Counted from the first letter of the stretch, positions 54,384-64,000 are shown. The stretch is DNA of 64,000 bases from Bdellovibrionales bacterium (GCA_965262715.1 OZ253553.1:2112001-2176000), one strand, 5' to 3'. The notes: generated by a model from the letters alone, not told the origin. Made by a program: numbers and translations.

Positions 54384-56561
54384 ATGAAAGTATTAACTTT
54401 ATATCATTCTCATAATCAAGTTGCAGAATACAATATACAAGACAGTCAAGAAATTATTATTGGCAGAGGTCAAGATTGCACTATTAGTATTGATGATCAT
54501 GCCATTTCTCGAAAGCATTTACGTATCTTTTTTGAAAATAACCACTGGAATATTGAGTGCATCTCAAGACTAGGCCAGCTTAAAGGAAATGATGGCCATG
54601 TCTTTTCTCAGAAAAAAATAGATACAGATTCAAATTTTGAGTTTTGGATGGCAAATTATAAGGTCTGTATATCAGATGCTACCACTCAAAAGTCTACAGA
54701 TGATAATAAAGATATCTCAAGTCCTGAAAACACATCCCTTATGGTACTTCCAGATCAAGATCAAAAAGATGATATGTCAAACGATCTAGCAAATTTGAAT
54801 GCTGACAATATAAATAATCTTGAAAACTCACAGCTTATTCCATTAGAAGACAATATGGAAAATAATAAAAGTTTATCTAGCACGAACTCATCAAGCGCAT
54901 CACTTCATGTACCTGATGAAAAATCAAGTGTTCCAAGTAACGAAGATAGTCAAAGAACTCAACTTGTTCAACAAGGAGTACACTCAGCTCACTTAGAAGC
55001 TAGGTTAAAGGTTTTAAAGAAAATTGGTGAAGAAGAACAATTCGTGTTAAAAGGAACAAAATGGGTTATTGGTCGATCAAAAAATTGTGAAGTTTTATTA
55101 AATCATCCCAAAATCAGCCGCACACATTGTGAGATTATTTATATAGAAGATGAGTATTATATTAAGGACCTAAAAAGCGCAAATGGAACATCTGTTAATG
55201 GTAAAAAGATCAGTCATCTTCAAGCTACTCTCTTACAATCTAATGATCATATTCATATAGAAGATTTAATGTTATGTTTTGAGCTTTATAATACAGACAT
55301 AGAAGAAAAACTTAGCGATTTAAATTCTGAAAAAGAGATCCCTCACTCTCCGACAATAGATGCTCCTTCAGGTGCTCCTTCAGGTCCTCCTTCACACGCT
55401 CCCTCAGATGCGTTTGTAAATACACCTAATAATTCATCACTTCAACCTATCAATAATCAAGTCCCAGGAGTTGTTCGCATTCCTTCAAATGTTAAAAATA
55501 AAAAATTTAATAAGAAAAAACTTATTCGGTTTGCTGTCATTGCTTTAATAGCTACCATCGGTTATATTTCAATTTTTGATGACTCACAAGAAATAAGCTC
55601 TAAATCACAGCCTTCAAAAAGTAATTTAGATGGAGATGAATTTGAAAAACTAACACCTGAACAAAAAAGTACTGTGGTCAATAGTTACAAAGTGGCAAAA
55701 GAGTTACAGAATCAAAGTAAGTTCAGAGTGGCCCTTACAGAAATTCAAAAAATCCATGCGCTAATATCTTCATATAGAGACTCTAAAGATATTGAAAAAA
55801 ATTTAGAAGCATCCCTTGAAACACTGAGGCAAGCTGAAGAAATAAATCAAAGAATAGAAGAAGAACAAAGATTAAAGCAAGAAGTAGTAAGGATTATCAA
55901 TCGTTGTAAAAAAGAAGCTCAAACTTACACAGACCTCACACGCTTGCAAGACTGTCTTCAACCAGCAATAGAAAGAGATCCAGAAAATTCAAGCTATCAA
56001 TCATTAATAGAAGAAATGAAGGATAAAATTATCAAAGAGGAAATGAGAAACAAAAATAAAGCAAGATATTTAGCAAGTGTAAGATCAGGAAAAAAGCTTC
56101 ATGAAAAAGCTGAATCTCTACACGATAAACAACAACTATTAAATGCCATTGATGCTTATCAAAAACATATAAAATCTAAATATCCTGACCCAAGTAAATT
56201 AAAAGACAAGTCAAAGATGTCAATGGATCAAATACGTAAAACCATTACTGATAAAATCACTTTTTATCAAAAGAAAGCTGATGAAAGAATAAAAGCAAAG
56301 GATCATAAAGGTGCTATTTCACTTTTGAAAAAGACATTGGAATTAGATCCATCTCTTGTTTCTTCTAAAAAGAAAATAACAGAATATTCAATAACGCTTA
56401 CAAAGCAAATGAAGATTTTATACTCAGAAAGCATATTAGATGAAAGCTTAGGACACCTTGAAGAGGCTAAGGAAAGATGGAGAAAAATATTCAAACTGGA
56501 TGTTTTAGATGGAGAATATTACAAAAAAGCCAAAATCAAATTAACAAAATATGAACTATAA
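54384..56561 (+). CDS. Double-FHA-TM-TPR protein
   Basis: Two GR..SR.H motifs; TM; TPR-like C-terminus. Confidence 0.85.
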   Translation: MKVLTLYHSHNQVAEYNIQDSQEIIIGRGQDCTISIDDHAISRKHLRIFFENNHWNIECISRLGQLKGNDGHVFSQKKIDTDSNFEFWMANYKVCISDATTQKSTDDNKDISSPENTSLMVLPDQDQKDDMSNDLANLNADNINNLENSQLIPLEDNMENNKSLSSTNSSSASLHVPDEKSSVPSNEDSQRTQLVQQGVHSAHLEARLKVLKKIGEEEQFVLKGTKWVIGRSKNCEVLLNHPKISRTHCEIIYIEDEYYIKDLKSANGTSVNGKKISHLQATLLQSNDHIHIEDLMLCFELYNTDIEEKLSDLNSEKEIPHSPTIDAPSGAPSGPPSHAPSDAFVNTPNNSSLQPINNQVPGVVRIPSNVKNKKFNKKKLIRFAVIALIATIGYISIFDDSQEISSKSQPSKSNLDGDEFEKLTPEQKSTVVNSYKVAKELQNQSKFRVALTEIQKIHALISSYRDSKDIEKNLEASLETLRQAEEINQRIEEEQRLKQEVVRIINRCKKEAQTYTDLTRLQDCLQPAIERDPENSSYQSLIEEMKDKIIKEEMRNKNKARYLASVRSGKKLHEKAESLHDKQQLLNAIDAYQKHIKSKYPDPSKLKDKSKMSMDQIRKTITDKITFYQKKADERIKAKDHKGAISLLKKTLELDPSLVSSKKKITEYSITLTKQMKILYSESILDESLGHLEEAKERWRKIFKLDVLDGEYYKKAKIKLTKYEL

Positions 56562-56668
56562 CCTTAGGTTTATGACCAGTTAGCTTTCTTTTTTTCTGGG
56601 ATCTCGCAGTCGGGCAAGCTGTTTGTTTTGAGCTTTAAAGTTATAAGTCTATATCAAATCCAATACAG

Positions 56669-57604
56669 CTATAAGGCTGCATTTGTTTCATCTAGATAGA
56701 GCCTTGTTTGTACAGAGCAGGCATTTGGATCATTATTTAATAGATGGGTTGGATAAACTTGTCCTTCAATATATTTACTTCCAAAGTCTCCTCTTTTTGA
56801 AAAGAGTTCTCTATAAAGTTCTTGTCGAAGGATTGGATCTTCATTTAGATCAAGTTTATGTAAAGATGATCTTTGTGTATACATAATGGATCTTACTACT
56901 TCTTGTTCATGGTCTCGGTCAAGATCAGCATGTCCTAATTCATGAAAAAGAAATATTTCTTTATTAACAATAATGTGTCTGCTGTCAAAAAAAGTGCCCA
57001 TAACTTCAAAGTTAAAATTTCTTGCTAAACGACTAACTTGCCTCCAAGTTTCACTATCTGACCTATAAAAAAGAATCTTGATAGGATAATCAAACTCTTC
57101 TTTGCCTGTAATTTCGTTTTTTATAGTGAGATATCTTTCAATATAAGGTAAAAACTCAGGGTGTGTTTCTGCATCTGCCCATGTTTGACGGAAATCAGCT
57201 ATACAACTTGTAGGAACAAGTTCGGGAAGGAAAATAGGCCAGAAGCGTTTAGACCAATCAGCATTAGCGTCTAATGCCGCATCTCTTGCCATTAAATATT
57301 CTGTCATCTCTTCATTTCTGTTTTTAAGAGCCCAATAAAAAGCAGTTCGCCCAAAGCTGTCTGGTTGGTTGATATTTGCTCCCATCTCTATAAGAGCTAT
57401 TGCAATTTCATTTTGCCCAAAAATAATTGCCTCATGAAGAAGAGTTACTCCTTCTTCATCTGATGTATCAATATCTACTCCAGTAAGTAAAGACTCTACT
57501 ACATACTCCAGATCACCTCTAAACATTGCATTAGACATATCATGGTCTTGAGCATAAACAAAACTGTTCAAGTATAAAAATAATAAAATATAAAATAACT
57601 TTTT
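56669..57604 (-). CDS. Secreted ankyrin-repeat protein with HExxH motif; start uncertain
   Basis: GVTLLHEA, GRTAFYWA ankyrins; HELGH. Confidence 0.7.
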   Translation of the reverse strand, partial: KKLFYILLFLYLNSFVYAQDHDMSNAMFRGDLEYVVESLLTGVDIDTSDEEGVTLLHEAIIFGQNEIAIALIEMGANINQPDSFGRTAFYWALKNRNEEMTEYLMARDAALDANADWSKRFWPIFLPELVPTSCIADFRQTWADAETHPEFLPYIERYLTIKNEITGKEEFDYPIKILFYRSDSETWRQVSRLARNFNFEVMGTFFDSRHIIVNKEIFLFHELGHADLDRDHEQEVVRSIMYTQRSSLHKLDLNEDPILRQELYRELFSKRGDFGSKYIEGQVYPTHLLNNDPNACSVQTRLYLDETNAAL

Positions 57605-57859
57605 GATAAAACATCCTTACTTAAAAACTATTTTTTAAATTTCTAGTTTTTGAAATAAACAATAACCTGTATCGTCGCCTAAATTCCTTCTTAATCAACT
57701 TTGTAGAAAATTACATTCTACCTTAACTACCTTCTCATTAAAGCACAGCTAATCACTTTTCTTTTAATACGTATTAACTACCCTTACAATTAAATAATAT
57801 GTAATTAAGATAAATATAAAGCTTCCATTATAAAATAAGGTTTATAACTAGATAAGCTT

Positions 57860-58140
57860 TCTTTATTCCAGTATCTGGCAAATAAGGCAATACCTAGAAA
57901 GCCTGATCATTTTTTAGAAAGAAGATACCCTTCGTTTTTTTACACAATACTAAAGAAATTGGTTTATTTCCTTACTTTATCTCACACTTCCTCTCTTTAA
58001 CAAATCATCCAAATCTTTATAGCAAAGTACAATTTGATGCATAAGCTAAACGACGAGACCTTCCGTAGAAAAATTCCCGGTGGCAATTTCTCGAGGACTT
58101 CGAGGGTTTAACTTATGCCTCAAATCAAAGCTTTCAAAAA
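57860..58140 (-). repeat. Degenerate composite A+B element
   Basis: CCTAGAAAGCCTGAT, CCAAATCTTTAT; B at 58033-58124. Confidence 0.65.
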
Positions 58141-58207
58141 TGTTGTTCTAGACATCCTATTGCAGAAAGCGATCAAAATAATACAGATTAGATGTTAAAA
58201 ACAAAGG

Positions 58208-58555
58208 CTATTTTTGCATATAGGAAGCACCTTCAAAAACTGCACCTTCTTCAATCTTAAGGCTAGGAGTGGTCACTGTGCCCTTAAGTATGGCAGGTGG
58301 GTGCATTACAACTTGCTCTTGAGCAAAGATATTACCTTTTACAGTGCCAGAAACAATGACAGTATTAGCTTCAATCTGTGCCTCAACATCAGCACCAGGA
58401 TCTACCACTAAAGTGTCTTTTGTGAATATCTCCCCACGAAATTTTCCACCAATGCGCACAACACCCTCAAAAGTCAAATTACCCTCAAAGGTTGCTCCCT
58501 TATCTAATAAGGCAGTGACATGATGAAAATCTTTATTGTTTGTTATACCTGCCAT
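58208..58555 (-). CDS. Bactofilin
   Basis: FEGNL, IGGKFRGEI, LKIEEGAVFEG. Confidence 0.92.
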   Translation of the reverse strand: MAGITNNKDFHHVTALLDKGATFEGNLTFEGVVRIGGKFRGEIFTKDTLVVDPGADVEAQIEANTVIVSGTVKGNIFAQEQVVMHPPAILKGTVTTPSLKIEEGAVFEGASYMQK

Positions 58556-58623
58556 TTTCTAACCTGTTTTTAAAATCAAAAAATTTATTATCTTTTATAA
58601 GTTTACTGATATTTACATCAATA

Positions 58624-58639
58624 TGTTCCACGTGGAACA
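58624..58639. promoter_or_regulatory. parS: parS site
   Basis: Perfect palindrome TGTTCCACGTGGAACA downstream of parB. Confidence 0.9.
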
Positions 58640-58640
58640 T

Positions 58641-58990
58641 TTTTCACTCAAAATAAACCAGCCTCTGGCTGTTTTTGGGCAATGACCCCGATGGTCTTAC
58701 GCCATCGGAAAATGGTCATTGCCTCAAAAATCCGTTTATCTTGAGTAGAGAGACTCCCTTCATTTTTTAACAAAATGTTAAGGAAATCGTCCTTTTACTA
58801 TCTTCTTCTCTCTCCTGCAAATCACTCCAAATCTTTATAACTAAAAAAAGAGTTGATATTTTAAGTTAAAGGCGAGATCTTCCGCAGAGAGATCGCTACC
58901 AAAGCGATCTCTCGAGGACTTCTCGCCTTAACTTAAAATATTAAATCATTGCCTCAAAAGATTTTCCCTTGTCCTTTCTAAAAAACCCCT
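58641..58990 (-). repeat. Composite A+B structured element
   Basis: A 58641-58788; B 58853-58944. Confidence 0.88.
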
Positions 58991-59071
58991 TACCCATCCA
59001 CTTTGAATAAAAAGATAGCTCTTTTATCTTACTTACATTATATTAAGGAAAATTTCCTCCTACTTATCTTT

Positions 59072-60016
59072 TTATGCTTTTACTGATGAAAGCTTCTCCG
59101 AAATAGCAGTTAATTGCTCATTAGAGTAATATTGAATAATGATTTGCCCTTTTCCATCTTTATGATGAATCACTTGTACCTTTGTGCCTAAACTTTTTTG
59201 TAAGTCTTCCGCCATCTTATGAATGATATTCCTTGTTAAACTTGCTATTTTTTTCGATGATTTAAGGTTAGCATGAGATGTCCTGTCAAGATTCTTTTTA
59301 ATTTCTGCCAATCTATGAACACTTAACTGTTTTTTCACAACTTGATGTGCCAATTGTTTTTGCCGTTTTGTATTACTTATACCTAAAAGCACTTTGGCAT
59401 GACCACTTGATATTTTACCCTCAGAAATAAGTTTTTGGACCTCTTTATCTAACTTTAATAAACGCAAGGCATTCGTGATAGTTGTACGGTCCTTACCTAC
59501 TTTTTGAGAAATATCTTCCTGAGTCATTTTGTGCTTTGATAACAATTCATAATATGCCAAAGCCTCTTCAATGGGATTTAAGTCTTCTCTTTGAATATTC
59601 TCGATCAAAGCAAGCTCTAAACCTGACTTCTCATCTATTTCTGTACCTTCTTTTATAATAGCTGGAATAGTTTTCAACCCAGCCATTTGACTAGCTCTCC
59701 ATCTTCTTTCTCCTGCAAGAATTTTAAAAGTAGAACTATCTGCCCTTTTGACTATAACCGGCTGTAAAATACCTTGCTGCTGTATGGAATTTGCTAATTC
59801 TTGCAATTTTGCTTTTTCAAAAACCTTTCGAGGTTGCGTTGTACCAGGTACAATCTTATGCAAAGCAATATTCCAAATACGTAAATCTACATTTTTATCT
59901 GTTGGTTCTATAAAAACATTGGCTTCAAACAAGCTATCTAAACCTCTTCCAAGAGGTTTAGATAGTGCCTTTCTAGACCTATTAGCTTTTTTGCCAATTT
60001 TATTTGTATTTAACAT
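59072..60016 (-). CDS. parB: Chromosome partitioning protein ParB
   Basis: LGRGLDSL, AGERRWRA, LIENIQREDL. Confidence 0.96.
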   Translation of the reverse strand: MLNTNKIGKKANRSRKALSKPLGRGLDSLFEANVFIEPTDKNVDLRIWNIALHKIVPGTTQPRKVFEKAKLQELANSIQQQGILQPVIVKRADSSTFKILAGERRWRASQMAGLKTIPAIIKEGTEIDEKSGLELALIENIQREDLNPIEEALAYYELLSKHKMTQEDISQKVGKDRTTITNALRLLKLDKEVQKLISEGKISSGHAKVLLGISNTKRQKQLAHQVVKKQLSVHRLAEIKKNLDRTSHANLKSSKKIASLTRNIIHKMAEDLQKSLGTKVQVIHHKDGKGQIIIQYYSNEQLTAISEKLSSVKA

Positions 60017-60858
60017 AATTGATCCTTTTTTGCTTGAGTCATTTTAATTGGTTTTTGCAATGAAATTGAATCGCTATTTTGAATTTGTTCATCTAACTCT
60101 TCTGCAAGTTTCTGATAACAAATCGCTCCAACAGATCTAGAATCATAATCAAAAATGCAAAGTCCATGACTGGGAGCTTCACTTAACTTAACATTTCTAG
60201 GAATAACGCTTTTAAACACTTGCTTACTAAAATGCTGATTGGTTTCAGCAATAATTTGATGAGATAACCTATTTCTGACATCAAACATGGTAAATAAAAT
60301 GCCTTGCATATTCAGTTTTGGATTGAGCTTTTTCTTAATCAAGCTGGCTGTATTAAGAAGCTGGCTTAACCCTTCCAATGCATAATACTCACACTGCAAA
60401 GGGACTATAAACGACTTAGCAGCTGTTAATGCGTTGATAGTCAATAGATTAAGAGAAGGAGGTGCATCTATTAAAATATAATCTAAAAGACTGTTTTTAG
60501 AGGGTTTTTTACTTTGATGTTTCATAAAATGAGAGATGCTATCTGATAATAAGTGCTCCCTACGAGATATATCAACAAGCTCTACCTCAGTTCCTGCAAG
60601 ATGAGAGTTAGCAGGAACCAGACTTAAGTTGGGAACTGAAGTCTCCATCATTACATCAAGAAGAGTTTTTTGACCAATCAGAACATTATAAATAGTGTCT
60701 TCTTTTCTTATACCAAGACCGCTAGAAGCATTAGCTTGAGGGTCCATATCAATAAGCAATATCTTTCGACCTAAACGTGCAAGTCCAGCCGCAAGGTTGA
60801 TGGCAGTCGTTGTTTTGCCTACACCTCCCTTTTGATTCACAATACAAATAGATTTCAT
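60010..60858 (-). CDS. parA: Chromosome partitioning ATPase ParA/Soj (start set to ATG 60858)
   Basis: NQKGGVGKTT, DMDPQAN, QCEYYALEG, EAPS. Confidence 0.96.
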   Translation of the reverse strand: MKSICIVNQKGGVGKTTTAINLAAGLARLGRKILLIDMDPQANASSGLGIRKEDTIYNVLIGQKTLLDVMMETSVPNLSLVPANSHLAGTEVELVDISRREHLLSDSISHFMKHQSKKPSKNSLLDYILIDAPPSLNLLTINALTAAKSFIVPLQCEYYALEGLSQLLNTASLIKKKLNPKLNMQGILFTMFDVRNRLSHQIIAETNQHFSKQVFKSVIPRNVKLSEAPSHGLCIFDYDSRSVGAICYQKLAEELDEQIQNSDSISLQKPIKMTQAKKDQLC

Positions 60859-60988
60859 AATACAACCGCATCTTGTTTCAGTAAGGAGAATACCCTTGTT
60901 CCAAAACAACCTCCCCTACTCTAATGAACTTTAGAATCACTTTTGATGACACGCAAGTGAATTTTAAACATATTTAAGTAAAAGTAAG

Positions 60989-61341
60989 CATTTCCTTAAT
61001 AGGCACTTTTAGTGAGACAGGTTCCCTTAACATGATGTTAAAGGACAAGAGGTATCTGCTTTACTCAAAATGAACGGATTTTTGAGGCAACAACCATTTT
61101 CCGATGGCGCAAGACCATCGGGGTCATTGCCCAAAAACAACCAGAGGTGTGAGAGTGTATTGTTTTTTAGAAAAACAAGAAAAAATCTTTGGAGTTATGA
61201 TTTGGAGTGATTTGTAAGGGAGAAAGAGAAGAAGATAGTAAAAGGACATTTTCCCTAACATTTTGTTAAAAAATGAGGGGTACCTCGTTTACTAAAATGC
61301 ATCAGTTTTTCTAGGCAGAGGCGAAATGCATTTTAGTGAAA
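60989..61341 (+). repeat. Rearranged family A copies in reverse orientation
   Basis: TTTTAGTGAGACAG end at 61020; A at 61021-61148; internally deleted A at 61251-61341. Confidence 0.8.
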
Positions 61342-61350
61342 AGCGAAACG

Positions 61351-61366
61351 GGTTCCACGTGGAACA
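61351..61366. promoter_or_regulatory. parS: parS site
   Basis: GGTTCCACGTGGAACA, one mismatch from the other site. Confidence 0.85.
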
Positions 61367-61473
61367 CTCTAAGTAAATACTATTTTTATAAGAAACAACA
61401 ACTGCTTACACCCTTCACCCTATCATAAACACCTCCTTTTGTTATAGTCACTCCTATTAATAAAAGCGAAAAG

Positions 61474-61893
61474 TTGCCTAGGTGTCATGTACACCACAAT
61501 CATCCAGGGAAAGAATTGCTCAAAAATGGAGCTGATCCAGATATTAAGGATAGTCAACTTCGAAGTGCCTTAATGTTTGCCAGTGCTACAAGCTTTATCC
61601 CTGGAGTAGAAATTCTTATTGAATATAACGCTGATGTAAATGCAAATACTGCTATATCTCCAGAATCAGACCTAGCTATAAGAGCTGCAATGAGACGCAC
61701 AAAACTTGATGAGTATCTCACTTTCGATCCAAATAACTTTATATCACCTATGATTTGTGCAGATATAATAGATATTCTAGTAAGTCCTAATAATACTGAA
61801 AGGATTAGAGAGATACTCTCAGAAGCTGGAGCTGATGCTCTGTCAGACAATACTGAAATAACAAGTTACCATATAAGTCGATGTCTGGGATAG
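61474..61893 (+). pseudogene. Ankyrin-repeat fragment, probably 5'-truncated
   Basis: ELLKNGADPDIKD..SALMFA; weak TTG start. Confidence 0.55.
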
Positions 61894-61918
61894 AGCTGGT
61901 GGTTCGAGACAGTTATTA

Positions 61919-62272
61919 GAAGCCATCTCAAAAATGAATGCTCCTAGAGAGAAAAGTTTTAAAAAAGATACCAGTTTTGCATTTAATTTATTTCACTCAA
62001 AATGAATAGAAGACAAGCCTTTTATACAAGAAATTAGAGGTAATAGGTACAAACGTTTATAGACTTTTACTGAAACAGCACGATTCCCTTAACATGATGT
62101 TAAATAATGAGGAGTATCTCGTTTACTAAAATGCATCAGGCTTTCTAGGTCAGCTATTTGCTGACGATGTGAATCGTCAGGCTGACTACCAGAAAGTCGC
62201 CAGAGGCTAGCCTCGAGAGGCGAGATGCATTTTAGTGAAAATAGATTAAACTTTTATTTTTGAGACCGCTTC
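61919..62272. mobile_element. MITE family C (TA-flanked) carrying an A element
   Basis: TIRs GAAGCCATCTCAAAAAT / ATTTTTGAGACCGCTTC; inverted homolog of 42978-43304. Confidence 0.8.
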
Positions 62273-62323
62273 TAGATTTAATTCTCATTTTTTTGAAAGT
62301 GCTTCTTAAATTACCTGGTGCTT

Positions 62324-63169
62324 TTACTGCCAACCTGTACTATCATCACTATCTGAAGGAGGTCTTGAGTTATTATTTGAAATAAGCCCAGCCAGACGTC
62401 CTGAACTAACACCTTTACAAAAACGATGTCTATGAGATACTTTACGTAAACCATCAGCAAAATATTGATAACGCGAACCCTTAAACCCAAAAATTTGAAC
62501 ACTCCGGTAGTGTTCAGCAATTGGCCCTACTACAGCAGATCTCTGACCTAATGCAGCAATTACAGGCTTTAAAGTACTTTGTCCACTAACAATATACGAG
62601 TTATATGGTGCCTTATCTAATAAACTTGCTAAACTGTCAAGGTCACGATAAGTGAGCTTATTTTTTGAATAAAGTTTTTCTAAAGCATCTTCAGATTCTC
62701 TGACGGCTTCTCCACAATACTCCATCAAATAAATATCTGGTTCATCCGTTCCATACAATTTCAATATTGCGCGGCTATCACCACTGCGACAAACAGCTTC
62801 TTGGCAGTAATCTTGTAAATGAATTATACGATCTTCTATAAAACCTAAGATTTGATCCCCATGAGGTACTTCATCATCTGCATTTGTCACACCTTCACCA
62901 CTACAAATATATTCTCGTTTCAATTCAGATAAGACAGCTACAATAGAGGCCACTCCATCATCATCAGTTAAGGTTTGTCTTTCGCATTCTGTCTGACCAT
63001 GATTACAAAAAACAAAGTTCAATTTGACATTATCACCATCTCTTTCAATACCACTTAGACCATGTGGTTCAGATTGACCTTGTGTCCATCCTATTTGACT
63101 GACTATAAGTAAAGTGATTCCAAAAAATATAAGATAGAAGTATTGATTCATTGACAGTTTCATTTTCAA
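62324..63169 (-). CDS. Secreted hypothetical protein
   Basis: Signal-like N-terminus; 281 aa. Confidence 0.65.
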   Translation of the reverse strand: MKMKLSMNQYFYLIFFGITLLIVSQIGWTQGQSEPHGLSGIERDGDNVKLNFVFCNHGQTECERQTLTDDDGVASIVAVLSELKREYICSGEGVTNADDEVPHGDQILGFIEDRIIHLQDYCQEAVCRSGDSRAILKLYGTDEPDIYLMEYCGEAVRESEDALEKLYSKNKLTYRDLDSLASLLDKAPYNSYIVSGQSTLKPVIAALGQRSAVVGPIAEHYRSVQIFGFKGSRYQYFADGLRKVSHRHRFCKGVSSGRLAGLISNNNSRPPSDSDDSTGWQ

Positions 63170-63525
63170 TCCTTTGATACTTTACTTCTTGTACTTTTAA
63201 ACTTCGAGCGCGCTTTACTAGCAGGTTGCCTTCTATGTTTTCTAATCTTCTTATAAGACAGTATAGCATTAGAAGGAATGCCCAATTGTATTCTTCGGCC
63301 TATTCTCTTATTCATTTCTTTTTTTAGATGTGGAGTTAACTTGGAGTTTTGAACTTCGATCAATGCATTATTTGTCTTAACTTGATACATGCCATTTTTA
63401 TAAGACTGCACAGCCCCATTTATATGAATATAAAATCCTGCAAAACTTTGCTCTGCTAAGCTTAGAAAAAAAAAGATAAAAAATGAAAGAAGACTTATTA
63501 CAAGTGCTTTTAATGTTTTCATCAC
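63166..63525 (-). CDS. Secreted basic hypothetical protein
   Basis: Signal peptide; RQPAS motif near C-terminus. Confidence 0.65.
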   Translation of the reverse strand: MMKTLKALVISLLSFFIFFFLSLAEQSFAGFYIHINGAVQSYKNGMYQVKTNNALIEVQNSKLTPHLKKEMNKRIGRRIQLGIPSNAILSYKKIRKHRRQPASKARSKFKSTRSKVSKD

Positions 63526-63619
63526 AGAACCTTTGATATCAATACAATGTATATATATCGATCAATATGATTGAAAACTTTAGCTATTTGATATATTTTA
63601 GGTTTCTATTGAATGCGAT

Positions 63620-64000
63620 TTATTTATTACTTCTATTTTTTGATTTTGGGCCCTTATCTTTGATTAAAGGTTTTCGATCCAAACGGCTATCACTATTATC
63701 AGCATAAGAAGCCTTAACCCAAGCTTCTAGTGTAGTTTTTGGAAACTTTACTACATCTTTAGTCAAGTTAAAGTCTGACTGCCCTGTATTCTTTTTAATC
63801 AGATGAAACCCATGTTCAGAAGAAACTAAAGTTTCTTCACATATCTGTGTTACTAATTTATCTTGAGATTTAACTTTCGATATAATTTCATCACGAGCTT
63901 CTATATCAAAACTAATTTTTATCCCATGTTTTTTATAAAAACTATCTTCAAACTTTGTGATTTCTTTATAACAAAGAAGTTTATTCTTCTTTGATTTGTT
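63620..64000 (-). CDS. C-terminus of a protein entering from window end, possibly ClpX-like AAA+ small domain
   Basis: Frame open for 126 codons to TAA: FEDSFYKKHGIKISF...LIKKNTG...WVKASY. Confidence 0.55.
   Translation of the reverse strand, partial: NKSKKNKLLCYKEITKFEDSFYKKHGIKISFDIEARDEIISKVKSQDKLVTQICEETLVSSEHGFHLIKKNTGQSDFNLTKDVVKFPKTTLEAWVKASYADNSDSRLDRKPLIKDKGPKSKNRSNK

Noticed and set aside
62160..62181. CTGACGA as a hammerhead ribozyme core
   Set aside because: It is one arm of the variable apical stem and is not conserved in other A copies
1830..63269. Short ORFs overlapping or antisense to genes (e.g. 4455, 19085, 23900, 28074, 38387, 50558, 59748)
   Set aside because: Shadows of well-supported genes with no recognisable motifs
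1..64000. tRNA or rRNA genes, and an autonomous mobiliser for family A
   Set aside because: None recognised; the only intact transposase is IS30 and its IRs do not match A ends

Overview
AT-rich bacterial chromosomal window; gene content and order suggest a Bdellovibrionota/Oligoflexia-like organism (inference). It holds rpsA, ssb, lnt, oppDF, the distal spc-alpha ribosomal cluster (rplE to rplQ, with rpmJ missed by the ORF track), a PspA/DUF350/spermidine-synthase-like operon, a TadC-FHA cluster, parAB with two parS sites, one intact IS30 element and many secreted orphan proteins. The most striking feature is a family of about 19 non-coding multi-stem repeats ('A', ~150 nt, often joined to a second hairpin 'B') whose stems co-vary between copies. 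They sit in ribosomal operon intergenic spaces, co-oriented with transcription. At rpmJ and rplR they form tandem arrays that re-copy the upstream gene's 3' end at a shared AG (CT on + strand) junction. Also notable are an L17-transmembrane-TlpA thioredoxin fusion, an spc operon broken at rplE, TA-flanked MITEs carrying the A element, and a SpoIID-like gene split by one in-frame TGA. All calls come from manual reading; no database searches were run.
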